This document shows positions 11,907-26,233 of a DNA stretch of 64,000 nucleotides, in pieces; the first letter of the stretch is position 1, and every line of letters starts with the position of its first letter. The position numbers and the translations under genes are program-made. Below the pieces are notes generated by a model. That model worked only from the letters and a program-made list of their open reading frames with translations. It ran no database searches and was not told the origin of the DNA. The stretch lies in assembly GCF_054482595.1 (NCBI RefSeq), contig NZ_CM137008.1; one strand, written 5' to 3'.

Positions 11907-12235
11907 CAGTTCACCACCTGTTCAAACTCTGCGCTGAACTCAACACGCAACATACGGACCTGCGACGACCATTTTGCGCAGGTCACCTTTATCTGCCTGT
12001 AACCATAAGGCGGCGTCCACAGAAAGGCCTTCCAGCCCCCGTGCTCAGCCAGAAACGACTCCAGCGCCGTGGCCTCTTCACGGGAGACAGACAGCGTCAC
12101 GCTGTACGTTTTCAGGTCGGCATTCAGCCCGGCAGGCGCTCGCTGGGAATAGCCATCACCAAAGCGCACTTTCCTGACGGAAGGGGCCGAAGCCACATCC
12201 ATACCGGGTTTCACTTTCCAGCGGAAGGTCTTCAT
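11906..12235 (-). CDS. M: Minor tail protein M
   Basis: 109-aa ORF; lambda order and length. Confidence 0.9.
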   Translation of the reverse strand: MKTFRWKVKPGMDVASAPSVRKVRFGDGYSQRAPAGLNADLKTYSVTLSVSREEATALESFLAEHGGWKAFLWTPPYGYRQIKVTCAKWSSQVRMLRVEFSAEFEQVVN

Positions 12236-14793
12236 CGTCCACCTCCGGAGAACAGACCACCATCGCGCATCTGTGTCTGAATTTCATCACGGGCACCCTT
12301 GCGGGCCATGTCATACACTGCCTTCATCATCTGTGGACCTGGCAGACCATTCGTACCGTCGTTCTGAATCACCACGTGATTGTTCTGATTAAAATTAATG
12401 CCTTCAGCCCGCCGCATCTGCGCCGGACTTCCGGCACCGCCCACATAACCACCCTCCGCATAGCCCCGCATCAGGCGGTACAGGTTGCCGACACCAATCC
12501 GGCTGGTTGCCTCCTTCGTGAAGACAAACTCACCACGGTGAACAATCCCCGCTGGCTCATATTTGCCACCGGTTCCCGTAAATCCTCCGGTCGCAAAATG
12601 GAATTTCGCCGCAGCTGCCTGAATGGCTGTACCGCCTGACGCCGATGCGCCACCACCAACAGCCCCGCCAATGGCGCTGCCAATACTCCCGACAATCCCC
12701 ACCATTGCCTGCTTAAGCAGAATTTCTGTCATCATGGACAGCACGGAGCGGGTGAAGCTGCGCCAGTTCTGTTCACTGCCGGTCAGCATCGCCGCCATAT
12801 TCTGCGCAATACCATCAAAGGTCTGCGTGGCTGCACTTTTAACCTGCGACATACTGTCCGTGGCACTCTCTTTCCACTCGCTCCAGCCGGACCTGAGGCC
12901 TGCCATCCAGCTCCCGCGAAGCAGGTCTTCAGCCGCCCAGGTCTTTTTCTGCTCTGACATGACGTTATTCAGCGCCAGCGGATTATCGCCATACTGTTCC
13001 TTCAGACGCTGTTCTGTGGCTTCCCGCGCTGCCTGCCGGTCAGTCAGCCCCCGGTTTTTCGCATCAATGGCGGCCCGTTTTGCCCGTTGCTGCTGTGCGA
13101 ATTTATCCGCCTGCTGCGCCAGCGCGTTCAGGCGCTCCTGATACGTAACCTTGTCGCCAAGTGCAGCCAGCTGGCGTTTGTACTCCAGCGTCTCATCTTT
13201 ATGCGCCAGCAGGGATTTCTCCTGTGCGGACAGCTGGCGACGTTGCGCCGCCTCCTCCAGTACCGCGAACTGACTCTCCGCCTTCCACAAATCCCGGCGC
13301 TGCTGGCTGATTTTCTCATTTGCTCCGGCATGCTTCTCCAGCGTCCGGAGTTCAGCCTGAAGCGTCAGCAGGGCAGCATGAGCACTGTCTTCCTGACGAT
13401 CGCCCGCAGACACTTTCACGCCGGACTGTTTCGGCTTTTTCAGCGTCGCTTCATAATCCTTTTTCGCCGCCGCCATCAGCGTGTTGTAATCTGCCTGCAG
13501 GATTTTCCCGTCTTTCAGTGCCTTGTTCAGTTCTTCCTGACGGGCGGTATATTTCTCCAGCGGCGTCTGCAGGCGTTCGTAAGCCTTCTGCGCCTCTTCG
13601 GTATATTTCAGCCGTGACGCTTCGGTATCGCTCTGCTGCTGCGCATTTTTGTCCTGTTGAGTCTGCTGCTCAGCCTTCTTTCGGGCGGCTTCAAGCGCAA
13701 GACGGGCCTTTTCACGATCATCCCAGTAACGCGCCCGCGCTTCATCGTTAACAAAATAATCATCCTTGCGCAGATTCCAGATGTCGTCTGCTTTCTTAAA
13801 CGCAGCCTCTGCCTTAATCAGCATCTCCTGCGCGGTATCAGGACGACCAATATCCAGCACCGCATCCCACATGGATTTGAATGCCCGCGCAGTCCTGTCT
13901 GCCCAGGTCTCCAGCGTGCCCATGTTCTCTTTCAGGCGGCGGGTCTGGTCATCAAACCCTTTCGTTGCGGCCTCGTTCGCCGCCTGCAATGCCCCGGCTT
14001 CATCGCCGGAACGCTGCAACTGAGCAACATACGCAATCTGCTCCGCCGTCACGTTATGGAACTGGCGTGCCATCGCCGTCAGCCCCGACGTCGGGTCTGT
14101 GGTCAGCTTCCCGAAGGCTTCAGCGACCTTGTCCACCTCCACGCCGGATGCAGAGGAGAAACGCGCCACACTCTGGCTGATGGACGCAATCTGAGCCTCA
14201 CCGCTTACCCCCGCCTTAACCAGTGCGCTGAGTGACTCGCTGGTCTGGTTAAACGTCAGCCCTGCCGCCTGCCCGGCTCTGGACAGGACCAGCATACGAT
14301 CTGCCGTCAGTCCCGCCTGATTGCCGGAAAGGACCAGCGTTTTGTTGAAATCGGACAGGGTTGAGTTGCCCTGATACCAGGCATACGCCAGCGCACCGGT
14401 CGCCACCGCCAGCGAGGTGGCCCCCACCATCGGCAGGGTGATCGCACCGGCAAGCCCCCTGAACATGGGGATCATCCCGCCGAAGGAGTCCTTAACCTGA
14501 CCACCCTGTTGCAGCAGGATCAGCCACGGACTTTGCCCGCCTGCAAGCTGCGTGGCCACGTCGGTGAACTGTGCAGGCAGCATACGCATGGCGGCTTTAT
14601 ACTGTCCGACGGAAATCCCCGCTTTCTGTGCAGCCAGCGCCTGCCGGTTCATTGACTGTTCAACGACTGCCGCTGTTTTTTTCGCATCACTTTCCGTACC
14701 GGAAAAATGACGCCTGACTCTGGCCATCTGCTCGTCAAATCTGGCCGCATCCAGACTCAAATCAACGACCAGATCGCCTACCGGTTCAGCCAT
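12232..14793 (-). CDS. H: Tail tape measure protein H
   Basis: 853-aa ORF, same length as lambda H; coiled-coil-rich. Confidence 0.95.
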   Translation of the reverse strand: MAEPVGDLVVDLSLDAARFDEQMARVRRHFSGTESDAKKTAAVVEQSMNRQALAAQKAGISVGQYKAAMRMLPAQFTDVATQLAGGQSPWLILLQQGGQVKDSFGGMIPMFRGLAGAITLPMVGATSLAVATGALAYAWYQGNSTLSDFNKTLVLSGNQAGLTADRMLVLSRAGQAAGLTFNQTSESLSALVKAGVSGEAQIASISQSVARFSSASGVEVDKVAEAFGKLTTDPTSGLTAMARQFHNVTAEQIAYVAQLQRSGDEAGALQAANEAATKGFDDQTRRLKENMGTLETWADRTARAFKSMWDAVLDIGRPDTAQEMLIKAEAAFKKADDIWNLRKDDYFVNDEARARYWDDREKARLALEAARKKAEQQTQQDKNAQQQSDTEASRLKYTEEAQKAYERLQTPLEKYTARQEELNKALKDGKILQADYNTLMAAAKKDYEATLKKPKQSGVKVSAGDRQEDSAHAALLTLQAELRTLEKHAGANEKISQQRRDLWKAESQFAVLEEAAQRRQLSAQEKSLLAHKDETLEYKRQLAALGDKVTYQERLNALAQQADKFAQQQRAKRAAIDAKNRGLTDRQAAREATEQRLKEQYGDNPLALNNVMSEQKKTWAAEDLLRGSWMAGLRSGWSEWKESATDSMSQVKSAATQTFDGIAQNMAAMLTGSEQNWRSFTRSVLSMMTEILLKQAMVGIVGSIGSAIGGAVGGGASASGGTAIQAAAAKFHFATGGFTGTGGKYEPAGIVHRGEFVFTKEATSRIGVGNLYRLMRGYAEGGYVGGAGSPAQMRRAEGINFNQNNHVVIQNDGTNGLPGPQMMKAVYDMARKGARDEIQTQMRDGGLFSGGGR

Positions 14794-15220
14794 ACCGGAC
14801 TCCTCCTGCGATCCCTTCTGATACTGTCATCAGCATTACGTCATCCTCCGTCATGTCCGCCACATCCGGGGAAGCGGGGATAACTTCATTCCCGTCCGGG
14901 CCAAAGCGGACACCTCCGGCAAGCCCTGCCGCTTTCTGCATCAGCACATCATCTTCAGGCTCTTCGTCAGCCTCACGCCGGTTCAGCAGACTGAAATCCA
15001 GCGGATGCATATCCGGATCGCTGAAAAACAGGCTGAGCACGGTGTACGTCAGCCCGGAAAAGTGCATATCCAGCAGAACATCATGAAAATAATGGGTACT
15101 GTAAAAGCGGTGCCAGTCGGCATACTCCGTGGATGACATCCCGGCAAGCATGGCGCGCCAGTCGGGTCGCCCCATCTCGCGCGCCAGTTTCAGGGCAAAA
15201 CTCAGCTCACCGTCGAACAC
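14786..15220 (-). CDS. T: Tail assembly chaperone T segment (expressed as G-T fusion by -1 frameshift)
   Basis: ORF in -1 frame overlapping the 3' end of G; lambda G/T architecture. Confidence 0.8.
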   Translation of the reverse strand: MFDGELSFALKLAREMGRPDWRAMLAGMSSTEYADWHRFYSTHYFHDVLLDMHFSGLTYTVLSLFFSDPDMHPLDFSLLNRREADEEPEDDVLMQKAAGLAGGVRFGPDGNEVIPASPDVADMTEDDVMLMTVSEGIAGGVRYG

Positions 15221-15624
15221 TTTCCCGCAGAAACAGGCTCTGCAGGCCCGGCGTCCTCTGCCTGTTCAGGGGCATTATTCACCACAAACTCAGACATTCC
15301 GGACAGACGTAACACCACGTTTTCAGCCTGAGCAATTGCCTCCGTGGGCCAGGTGGTAAGCACTTCCTGCTCAATCTGCGTAATGGCTTCATTCATGGAC
15401 GGCAGCTTTGTCTTCTGCGGATGGTTATGCCACAGAGACATCGCCACCAGAAACGCCCCGCCTCTGATAAGATCCTCTACAGACACCTGCAGGTTGCCAC
15501 TGGATTCAGCCTTTTTTTCCTGCTCTTTCAACCAGGCAAGATGCTCAATACGCTGCAGGGCTGACAGTTCAGAAAGCGTGACGGTCACACCGTTATGTTC
15601 AAATGATTCGGTTTTCAGGAACAT
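15202..15624 (-). CDS. G: Tail assembly chaperone G
   Basis: 140-aa ORF, lambda length and position. Confidence 0.9.
   Translation of the reverse strand: MFLKTESFEHNGVTVTLSELSALQRIEHLAWLKEQEKKAESSGNLQVSVEDLIRGGAFLVAMSLWHNHPQKTKLPSMNEAITQIEQEVLTTWPTEAIAQAENVVLRLSGMSEFVVNNAPEQAEDAGPAEPVSAGKCSTVS
15219..15225 (-). other. Programmed -1 ribosomal frameshift slippery heptamer GGGAAAG (G to G-T)
   Basis: Plus-strand ctttccc read at 15219..15225, just upstream of G stop. Confidence 0.6.
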
Positions 15625-15639
15625 CGCTGACTCTCCGGA

Positions 15640-16410
15640 TTAACTGGCGGTGACGGTAATTTCTGCAACCGCAGCAAACTCACCATTACCGGATACAACC
15701 GGAATGTTGACCTTGCCTGCAGCAACGCCGTTCACGGTGATGGTCATACCACTGACCGACACGGTGGCTTTTGTTTTATCCGCAGACACCGCACGGAAGC
15801 TCTTGTCGGTTACACCTTCCGGCTGGAATGCCACGGTCAGCGTGGTGCTCTGCCCTTTCACTACGGAAGCACTGGCTGGCGTTACCGTCATGCCGGTTGC
15901 TGCCGTCACCGTACTGCGATCTTCAGCCATCGACGGGCGTCCCACATTGGTGACCTTCACCGTGCGGGTGATCACTTCCTTAGCCGTCACCGCTTTACCG
16001 ATACTGCTGACCCAGCCACGGAACACATCGACCGTGCCGTTCGGGAAGCGGATTTTATAGGCACGGGTATCACCTTCATTAAACCACGCCAGCAGCGCCT
16101 GCTGCCCCTGCTCTCCGGGCATCCACGCCAGCGTGAAGCTGGTATCTCCGGCTGATTTCTGCCCCTGCCCGGTCGCAGTCCAGTCCGCATCTTCATCATC
16201 GAGATAGCTGTCGTCATAGGACTCAGCTGTCAGTTCGCCGGGCGTCAGGTCTTTAACTTTTGCCAGACGCGACCAGTCCACGTCTGAAAGCGGGTTCGCA
16301 TAAGGGTCACCGTTCCCCTTATAAACCCACAGTGTGGTCCCGGCACCTTTCACCGGCATTGTTGGATTTGGTACAGGCATAGCGTCCTCACATTTCATAG
16401 GTAATGACAT
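15640..16410 (-). CDS. V: Major tail protein V
   Basis: 256-aa ORF between U and G; C-terminal Ig-like region. Confidence 0.9.
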   Translation of the reverse strand: MSLPMKCEDAMPVPNPTMPVKGAGTTLWVYKGNGDPYANPLSDVDWSRLAKVKDLTPGELTAESYDDSYLDDEDADWTATGQGQKSAGDTSFTLAWMPGEQGQQALLAWFNEGDTRAYKIRFPNGTVDVFRGWVSSIGKAVTAKEVITRTVKVTNVGRPSMAEDRSTVTAATGMTVTPASASVVKGQSTTLTVAFQPEGVTDKSFRAVSADKTKATVSVSGMTITVNGVAAGKVNIPVVSGNGEFAAVAEITVTAS

Positions 16411-16783
16411 AAGTCAGATCGGCTGAACTCCACAGGCCCGCATCATCGTCGCGTCGGTAGTCATAGCCACTGGCCACCATACTGGTGATCAACTCTGACA
16501 GTGCCGGGATATCGCTCATCACCGGATAAATCCGGGACTCCATCCACGAATCCAGCTCTGAATCCGGCACCTGAGCAGGCAGGAAAACTTCAATATGCAG
16601 CTCCGCCTGCCAGGTATCACTGTCCAGCTCTTCGCCCGTGTATTCAGCGCCGGTGAGATAAACGGCAATTGCCGGAAAATCCGCCTCATCAAAAACAGCG
16701 GGGCGACCATCAAAAAGCGTCGCCCCGGTGTCATGCTTCTCCAGTGCATCCAGTACGGCTGCACGGAGTTCAGTATGTTTCAT
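16388..16783 (-). CDS. U: Tail terminator protein U
   Basis: 131-aa ORF, lambda length/order. Confidence 0.9.
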   Translation of the reverse strand: MKHTELRAAVLDALEKHDTGATLFDGRPAVFDEADFPAIAVYLTGAEYTGEELDSDTWQAELHIEVFLPAQVPDSELDSWMESRIYPVMSDIPALSELITSMVASGYDYRRDDDAGLWSSADLTYVITYEM

Positions 16784-17358
16784 CGCTTTATTACCATTCT
16801 CAGTTGATGCTGCAGCGCATAGCCCAGCTCTTTCGGAAGACGTTCACGCCGTATCCGTTCAATATTCTGTTTAAACGCCGTGGTAAGCGGCACCGCCATC
16901 GGGATTTTCACCACATCAATGGGGTAACGGTTTTTCCCGGCCACACGCTGCATGACATGCCACCGGCCATTTTTCAGTTGCTGAATAAACGCGCCGGGAA
17001 TACGACGGTTTCCCACCACAAGCACGCTGCCGCCACCTTTCAGGGATGAACGCTGCCCCTTTTTACGACGTCTGCGGCGGGACAGGACAACCCGCGCATT
17101 ACCCAGCTTGATTACGGGCAAATCCCCCCGGTTAACCCTGATTCTGGCCTGCGGATTTTTGACCGTGGCCCTTTTCAGCCTGGCCCTTTCCTTTACCAGT
17201 TTCCGGCGTACCTTTGTCTCACGGGCAACCTGTGACGCAGACTGCGATATCGCGGATGACGCAACGCGGTTAATGGCCATTGCGGCGGCACCAGGCACCG
17301 CCGTTTTGCTGATACGGCTGAGGTTTTCAACGGCCTGCTCAAGACCTTTTATGGCCAT
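16780..17358 (-). CDS. Z: Tail completion protein Z
   Basis: 192-aa ORF, lambda length/order. Confidence 0.9.
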   Translation of the reverse strand: MAIKGLEQAVENLSRISKTAVPGAAAMAINRVASSAISQSASQVARETKVRRKLVKERARLKRATVKNPQARIRVNRGDLPVIKLGNARVVLSRRRRRKKGQRSSLKGGGSVLVVGNRRIPGAFIQQLKNGRWHVMQRVAGKNRYPIDVVKIPMAVPLTTAFKQNIERIRRERLPKELGYALQHQLRMVIKR

Positions 17359-17369
17359 ACATCCCCCTT

Positions 17370-17723
17370 TCAGCGGCGACGGTTAACGGCAGGCGGCACG
17401 CCACGCCCAAGCCAGAGATGACAGCTTCCGCCATCATCCGGCGAAACCCGATCTACCCAGAAGTTTTCCTCGCCGATGGTCAGTGTGTCTCCACGCCGCA
17501 GCTGCCGCACATCATCAGTCCGGACAAACAGGGACGGGCTGGAGCCTTCAACGCGCACCCCCTGTCCGGCATAGCTGATATTTTCAGGGTCATCAAAAAC
17601 ACCACGTATCACAGCACCGGACAGCTCACCGGATGTCATGGTGGCTGACGTTCCCATGTACCCGCGTATCGTTTCATCGGCGCGGGCAATGGCAGCATCG
17701 AACAGGTTATCGGAATCAGCCAC
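17370..17723 (-). CDS. FII: Head-tail joining protein FII
   Basis: 117-aa ORF, lambda length/order. Confidence 0.9.
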   Translation of the reverse strand: MADSDNLFDAAIARADETIRGYMGTSATMTSGELSGAVIRGVFDDPENISYAGQGVRVEGSSPSLFVRTDDVRQLRRGDTLTIGEENFWVDRVSPDDGGSCHLWLGRGVPPAVNRRR

Positions 17724-17734
17724 AGCGCCTCCCG

Positions 17735-18133
17735 TTATTGCATTCTGGCCAGGCCGCGCTCTGTCATTTCGGCTGCCACACCGGCAGAGACACGGAACGC
17801 TGTTCCCGGCAGCACAAATGCCACAGGTTCATCCCGGATGGCGTGAAGTGCATCAGTATGCAGCGTCACCAGTGCCACGACCGTGACCAGTTCAGCCGCA
17901 TCCTGAATCACGGTGTCCGGCTGCGCTGATACCACCTCATTTTCATGCCCGGTCAGCGCATTTTCCGGGCTGACAGGCGTGTCCTGGCCGGAAGTGTCAT
18001 CCGAGTCATCAAGCTCCTCTTCCAGCTCTGCCACACGGAGCGCCAGTTCTTCCTTCGTCCCCGTCAGGCTGACATCACGGTTCAGTTGCTCACCCAGCAC
18101 CTGAAGACGGGCAATCAGTTCATCTTTCGTCAT
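17735..18133 (-). CDS. FI: DNA packaging protein FI
   Basis: ORF contains MTKDELIARL start motif of lambda FI; start placed at that Met (132 aa). Confidence 0.85.
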   Translation of the reverse strand: MTKDELIARLQVLGEQLNRDVSLTGTKEELALRVAELEEELDDSDDTSGQDTPVSPENALTGHENEVVSAQPDTVIQDAAELVTVVALVTLHTDALHAIRDEPVAFVLPGTAFRVSAGVAAEMTERGLARMQ

Positions 18134-18174
18134 GGACTCCTCCACAGAGAGAAAATGGCCCCGAAGGGCCATGA

Positions 18175-19200
18175 TTACGCCAGTTGTACGGACACGAACT
18201 CATCAGGATCAGCCAGCAGCATCAGCGGTGCTGACTGAATCATGGTGAACTCACGCGCCGGATCGCCGGATGTCTTCCAGTTTTTCGGATAACGGGGAGA
18301 CGCATTAATACCCTCACTCAATGCATCCGCATCCTGAATACAGCCATAGGTGCGCAGACCGCGTGCCTGAGTGTTCCCCAGCACCATCGTGTTGTCCGGC
18401 AGGAAGTTCTTTTTGACACCGTTTTCCACGTACTGTCCGGAATACACGACGATGGCCACATCGCCATACATCCCCTTATAGGACACCGCTTTACCCAGGT
18501 CTTTCACCGCTGTCTCCAGCTCGGAATGAGAGCCGCGACGGGTATCCAGCTTCTCCTTGACGGCCTTGAAGGAACGGAACAGCGCCCAGCCTTTCGGATC
18601 GAACACGATGATATTCACCACACCGCTGGCGTTCAGCGCGTAGGCTTCGATATCGTCGGTCGGGTCATACGTGGACTTGTCACGCTTGCTCCACTCCGTG
18701 CCGCCGGACTGCGTGATGTTATTCGCCGCACTGCGGCCCATATCCACCTCAACCGGATCGAAGGCTTCACCGGTCATGGTGTATTTGCCTTTAAGCACGG
18801 CAGAAACTGCCTGCATCTCTTCGACCTGGGCAATGGCCAGCTCTTCGTCACGCATGTTCTGCATGATGATGCGACGGCGACGGTAAGCCGGATCCGCCAG
18901 ATTCTGCGGATCTTCATCCGGCAGGCGACGCAGGGTCATCTGCGGATTCACTTCATGCTTCGGCTTGACATATCCCGGCGTAAATTCAGAGGTGGAGCCG
19001 CCACGGGAGCGGATAACCTCACCGGAAACAATCGGCGAAACGTACAGCGCCATGTTTACCAGTCCAGGAATTTGTGAGAGATAGACTTTCTCCGTGGTGA
19101 AGGGATAGCTCTCACGGAAAAAGAGACGCAGAAACAGCGGATCAAACTTAAATTTCTGCTCATTTGCCGCCAGCAGCTGGGCGGTTGTGTACATCGACAT
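18175..19200 (-). CDS. E: Major capsid protein E
   Basis: Sequence MSMYTTAQLLAANEQKFKFDP matches lambda gpE; start placed at this Met (341 aa). Confidence 0.95.
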   Translation of the reverse strand: MSMYTTAQLLAANEQKFKFDPLFLRLFFRESYPFTTEKVYLSQIPGLVNMALYVSPIVSGEVIRSRGGSTSEFTPGYVKPKHEVNPQMTLRRLPDEDPQNLADPAYRRRRIIMQNMRDEELAIAQVEEMQAVSAVLKGKYTMTGEAFDPVEVDMGRSAANNITQSGGTEWSKRDKSTYDPTDDIEAYALNASGVVNIIVFDPKGWALFRSFKAVKEKLDTRRGSHSELETAVKDLGKAVSYKGMYGDVAIVVYSGQYVENGVKKNFLPDNTMVLGNTQARGLRTYGCIQDADALSEGINASPRYPKNWKTSGDPAREFTMIQSAPLMLLADPDEFVSVQLA

Positions 19201-19255
19201 AAAAAAATCCCGTAAAAAAAGCCGCACAGGCGGCCTTTAGTGATGAAGGGTAAAG

Positions 19256-19594
19256 TTAAACGATGCTGATTGCCGTTCCGGCAAACGCGGTCCGTTTTTT
19301 CGTCTCGTCGCTGGCAGCCTCCGGCCAGAGCACATCCTCATAACGGAACGTGCCGGACTTGTAGAACGTCAGCGTGGTGCTGGTCTGGTCAGCAGCAACC
19401 GCAAGAATGCCAACAGCAGCACCGTCGGTGGTGCCATCCCACGCAACCAGCTTACGGGTGGAGGTGTCCAGCATTAGCGGGGTCATTGCAGGCGCTTTCG
19501 CACTCAATCCGCCGGGCGCGGTTGCGGTATGAGCCGGGTCACTGTTGCCCAGCGGCTGGTAATGGGTAAAGGTTTCTTTGCTCATCATAAACAT
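19256..19594 (-). CDS. D: Head decoration protein D (exact start Met uncertain)
   Basis: [10 protein letters not shown]...AGTAISIV matches lambda gpD. Confidence 0.9.
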   Translation of the reverse strand: MFMMSKETFTHYQPLGNSDPAHTATAPGGLSAKAPAMTPLMLDTSTRKLVAWDGTTDGAAVGILAVAADQTSTTLTFYKSGTFRYEDVLWPEAASDETKKRTAFAGTAISIV

Positions 19595-19597
19595 CCC

Positions 19598-20203
19598 TTA
19601 CACTGGTGTGTTCAGCAAATCGTTAACGGCATCAGATGCCGGGTTACCTGCAGCCAGCGGTGCCGGTGCCCCCTGCATCAGACGATCCAGCGCAGTGTCA
19701 CTGCGCGCCTGTGCACTCTGTGGTGCTGCGGCCAGAATGCGGCGTGCCGTTTCCACGGTCATACCGGGGGTTTCTGCCAGCACGCGGGCCTGTTCTTCGC
19801 GTCCGTGAGCCTCCTCACAGTTGAGGATCCCCATAATGCGGCTGTTTTCTGCCGCAACCGCTGCGGTGATCTGCGCGTTCACGTCCGGCTGCACCGCGCT
19901 GGCGTTTTCGCCCTCCGTCGCTGACACCACATCAGTAACATCAGCCTGCGAAGCAGTGGCTGAAACAGTTGTTGATTGAGTCTCTTTGGTCATTCGCCCT
20001 CCTGAGAGACGGGATTTACGTGCATCCAGTGCCTCACGCATAACGGTGATCGCATCGGTGCTGTTAACAAGTTCATCAGCCAGTCCGGCATCAATGGCCT
20101 CCTGACCGCTGTACACTGCAGCCTCGGTATCCAGAACAGCCTGCACGGACAGGCCGGTATATGCCGATACCTTCTGCGCAAACATCTGGCGGGTTGCATC
20201 CAT
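19598..20203 (-). CDS. nu3: Scaffolding protein Nu3 (in-frame nested in 3' part of C; 201 aa)
   Basis: Internal Met MDATRQMFAQ exactly 201 codons before the shared stop, as in lambda. Confidence 0.75.
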   Translation of the reverse strand: MDATRQMFAQKVSAYTGLSVQAVLDTEAAVYSGQEAIDAGLADELVNSTDAITVMREALDARKSRLSGGRMTKETQSTTVSATASQADVTDVVSATEGENASAVQPDVNAQITAAVAAENSRIMGILNCEEAHGREEQARVLAETPGMTVETARRILAAAPQSAQARSDTALDRLMQGAPAPLAAGNPASDAVNDLLNTPV

Positions 20204-20897
20204 CCGGGATTGCAGTGTTTCCCGGACGTCATCCGGAAGATGGCTGTAGGGGTTGCCATCCACCTTATGGCTGCCGCTGTAAATCAGCGTGATTTCCACG
20301 CCCTGTTTCTCCAGCGCAGCACCGTAATTACTGTGAGCCATCATGACGCCGATGGAGCCTGTCCGGGCGGTCTGTGTGACCAGACGCCGGGAGGCGGCAC
20401 TGGCAAGCAGCTGACCTGCACTACAGTTCATGTCGTTGGCCAGCGCCCATACCGGTTTTATGTCACGCACACGGGCGATGATGTCAGCGCAATCAAATAC
20501 CCCCGCCACCATCCCGCCTGGCGTGTCCATATCGAGCAGAATGCCGTCCACCATCGGATCGCTGGCAGCCTGTTGCAGACGGGCGATAATGCCGTTGTAA
20601 CCGGTCATCCCCGAATACGGCTGCAGCGCCCGCGTCCGGCTGACCAGCGTGCCGGACACCGGCAGCACGGCGATGCCATTCATGACCTGATAACTGCGGG
20701 CCTGTCGTGGCCCGTCATCATCACCGGATAACGCCAGCGTCGCGGGTGACTCTCCGGCAGTCAGGCTGTCACCTGACACCGCATCCGTCAGGCGGCTTAT
20801 CCCAATCTGGCCTGCAAGCGCACAAAAGAAAACCCGCGCATAGGCGGGTTCAAGCATCAGCGGCTCATTAAAGGCCATGCTGGCAATATGCGGGAGA

Positions 20898-20917
<20 letters not shown>
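19598..20917 (-). CDS. C: Capsid assembly protease C (start inferred at GTG; 439 aa)
   Basis: VTAELRNLPHIASMAFNEP aligns with lambda gpC N-terminus; the ORF-track upstream ATG extension is probably not used. Confidence 0.8.
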
Positions 20918-24598
<3,681 letters not shown>

Positions 24599-24624
<26 letters not shown>

Positions 24625-25144
24625 TCAGCAACCCCGGTATCAGTTCATCCAGCGCGGCTGCTTTGTTCATGGCTTTGATGATATCCCGTTTCAGGAAATC
24701 AACATGTCGGTTTTCCAGTTCCGGAAAACGCCGCTGCACCGACAGGGGGATCCCGTCGAGAATACTGGCAATTTCACCTGCGATCCGCGACAGCACGAAA
24801 GTACAGAATGCGGTTTCCACCACTTCAGCGGAGTCTCTGGCATTTTTCAGCTCCTGTGCGTCGGCCTGCGCACGCGTAAGTCGATGGCGTTCGTACTCAA
24901 TAGTCCCTGGCTGGAGATCTGTCTCGCTGGCCTGCCGCAGTTCTTCAACTTCCCGGCGCAGCTTTTCGTTCTCAATTTCAGCATCCCTTTCGGCATACCA
25001 TTTTATGACGGCGGCAGAGTCATAAAGCACCTCATTACCCTTGCCACCGCCTCGCAGAACGGGCATTCCCTGTTCCTGCCAGTTCTGAATGGTACGGATA
25101 CTCGCACCGAAAATGTCAGCCAGCTGCTTTTTGTTGACTTCCAT
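24599..25144 (-). CDS. nu1: Terminase small subunit Nu1
   Basis: 181-aa ORF MEVNKKQLADIFGASIRTIQNWQEQGMP (winged HTH), lambda length. Confidence 0.95.
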
Positions 25145-25345
25145 TGTTCATTCCACGGACAAAAACAGAGAAAGGAAACGACAGAGGCCAAAAAGCTCGC
25201 TTTCAGCACCTGTCGTTTCCTTTCTTTTCAGAGGGTATTTTAAATAAAAACATTAAGTTATGACGAAGAAGAACGGAAACGCCTTAAACCGGAAAATTTT
25301 CATAAATAGCGAAAACCCGCGAGGTCGCCGCCCCGTAACCTGTCG
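25145..25345. other. cos: cos region (cosB next to Nu1, cosN, cosQ side)
   Basis: Reverse complement of remembered lambda left-end sequence read directly; 12-nt cohesive end GGGCGGCGACCT present as aggtcgccgccc at 25322..25333. Confidence 0.85.
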
Positions 25346-25532
25346 GATCGCCGGAAAGGACCCGCAAAATGATAATAATTATCATCTACATGTCACAACG
25401 TGCATCTACGCAATCAAACCACGTCAAATAATCAATTATGACGCAGATATCGTATTAATTGATCTGCATCAACTTAACGTAAAAACAACTTCAGACAATA
25501 CAAATCAGCGACACTGAATACGGGACAACCTC

Positions 25533-25766
25533 ATGTCAACGAAGAACAGAACCCGCAGAACAACAACCCGCAACATCCGCTTTCCTAACCAAATGATTGA
25601 ACAAATTAACATCGCTCTTGATCAAAAAGGGTCCGGGAATTTCTCAGCCTGGGTCATTGAAGCCTGCCGCCGGAGACTGTGCTCAGAAAAAAGAGTTTCT
25701 CCTGAAGCAAACAAAGAAAAGAGTGACATTACTGAATTGCTCAGAAAACAGATCAGACCAGATTGA
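25533..25766 (+). CDS. Small ribbon-helix-helix-like protein (possibly DUF3950-like), cos-proximal cargo
   Basis: 77-aa ORF; motif RNIRFPNQMIEQINIAL resembles RHH beta-strand/helix; opposite strand to late genes. Confidence 0.5.
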   Translation: MSTKNRTRRTTTRNIRFPNQMIEQINIALDQKGSGNFSAWVIEACRRRLCSEKRVSPEANKEKSDITELLRKQIRPD

Positions 25767-25807
25767 AGCAATTTAGATAATCGTGCAGACTACGCCCCTC
25801 ATATCAC

Positions 25808-26233
25808 ATGGAAGGTACTACAATGGCTCAGGTTGCCATTTTTAAACAAATATTCGATAAAGTGCGAAATAATTTAAACTATCACTGGTTTTATTCTGAA
25901 CTAAAACGTCACAATGTCTCACATTACATTTACTATTTAGCTACAGAGAATATTCATCTTGTTCTTGAAAACGATAATACGGTTTTAATAAAAGGACAGG
26001 GTAAGGTTGTAAATGTAAGATTTTCAAAAAATAAATGCCTTATAGAAGCCACCTTAAAAGGATTCAAATCAGGAGAGTTATCATTTTACGAATACAGGAA
26101 AAATCTTGCTACAGCAGGGGTTTTCAGATGGATTACAAATATCCACGAAAACAAAAGGTATTACTATACCTTTGATAATTCATTACTCTTTACTGAGAAC
26201 ATTCAGAACACTACACAAATATTTCCGCACTAA
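25808..26233 (+). CDS. Hypothetical protein, possibly DUF1398/YbcV-like, cos-proximal cargo
   Basis: 141-aa AT-rich ORF; family assignment from memory only, unverified. Confidence 0.5.
   Translation: MEGTTMAQVAIFKQIFDKVRNNLNYHWFYSELKRHNVSHYIYYLATENIHLVLENDNTVLIKGQGKVVNVRFSKNKCLIEATLKGFKSGELSFYEYRKNLATAGVFRWITNIHENKRYYYTFDNSLLFTENIQNTTQIFPH

Noticed and set aside
12376-14235. Multiple ORFs antisense to or out of frame within H
   Set aside because: Nested within the tape measure gene; composition-driven artefacts.
25260-25517. 85-aa plus-strand ORF spanning cosN/cosQ
   Set aside because: Overlaps the cohesive-end site and reads through what I recall as lambda non-coding sequence; likely spurious, though not formally excluded.
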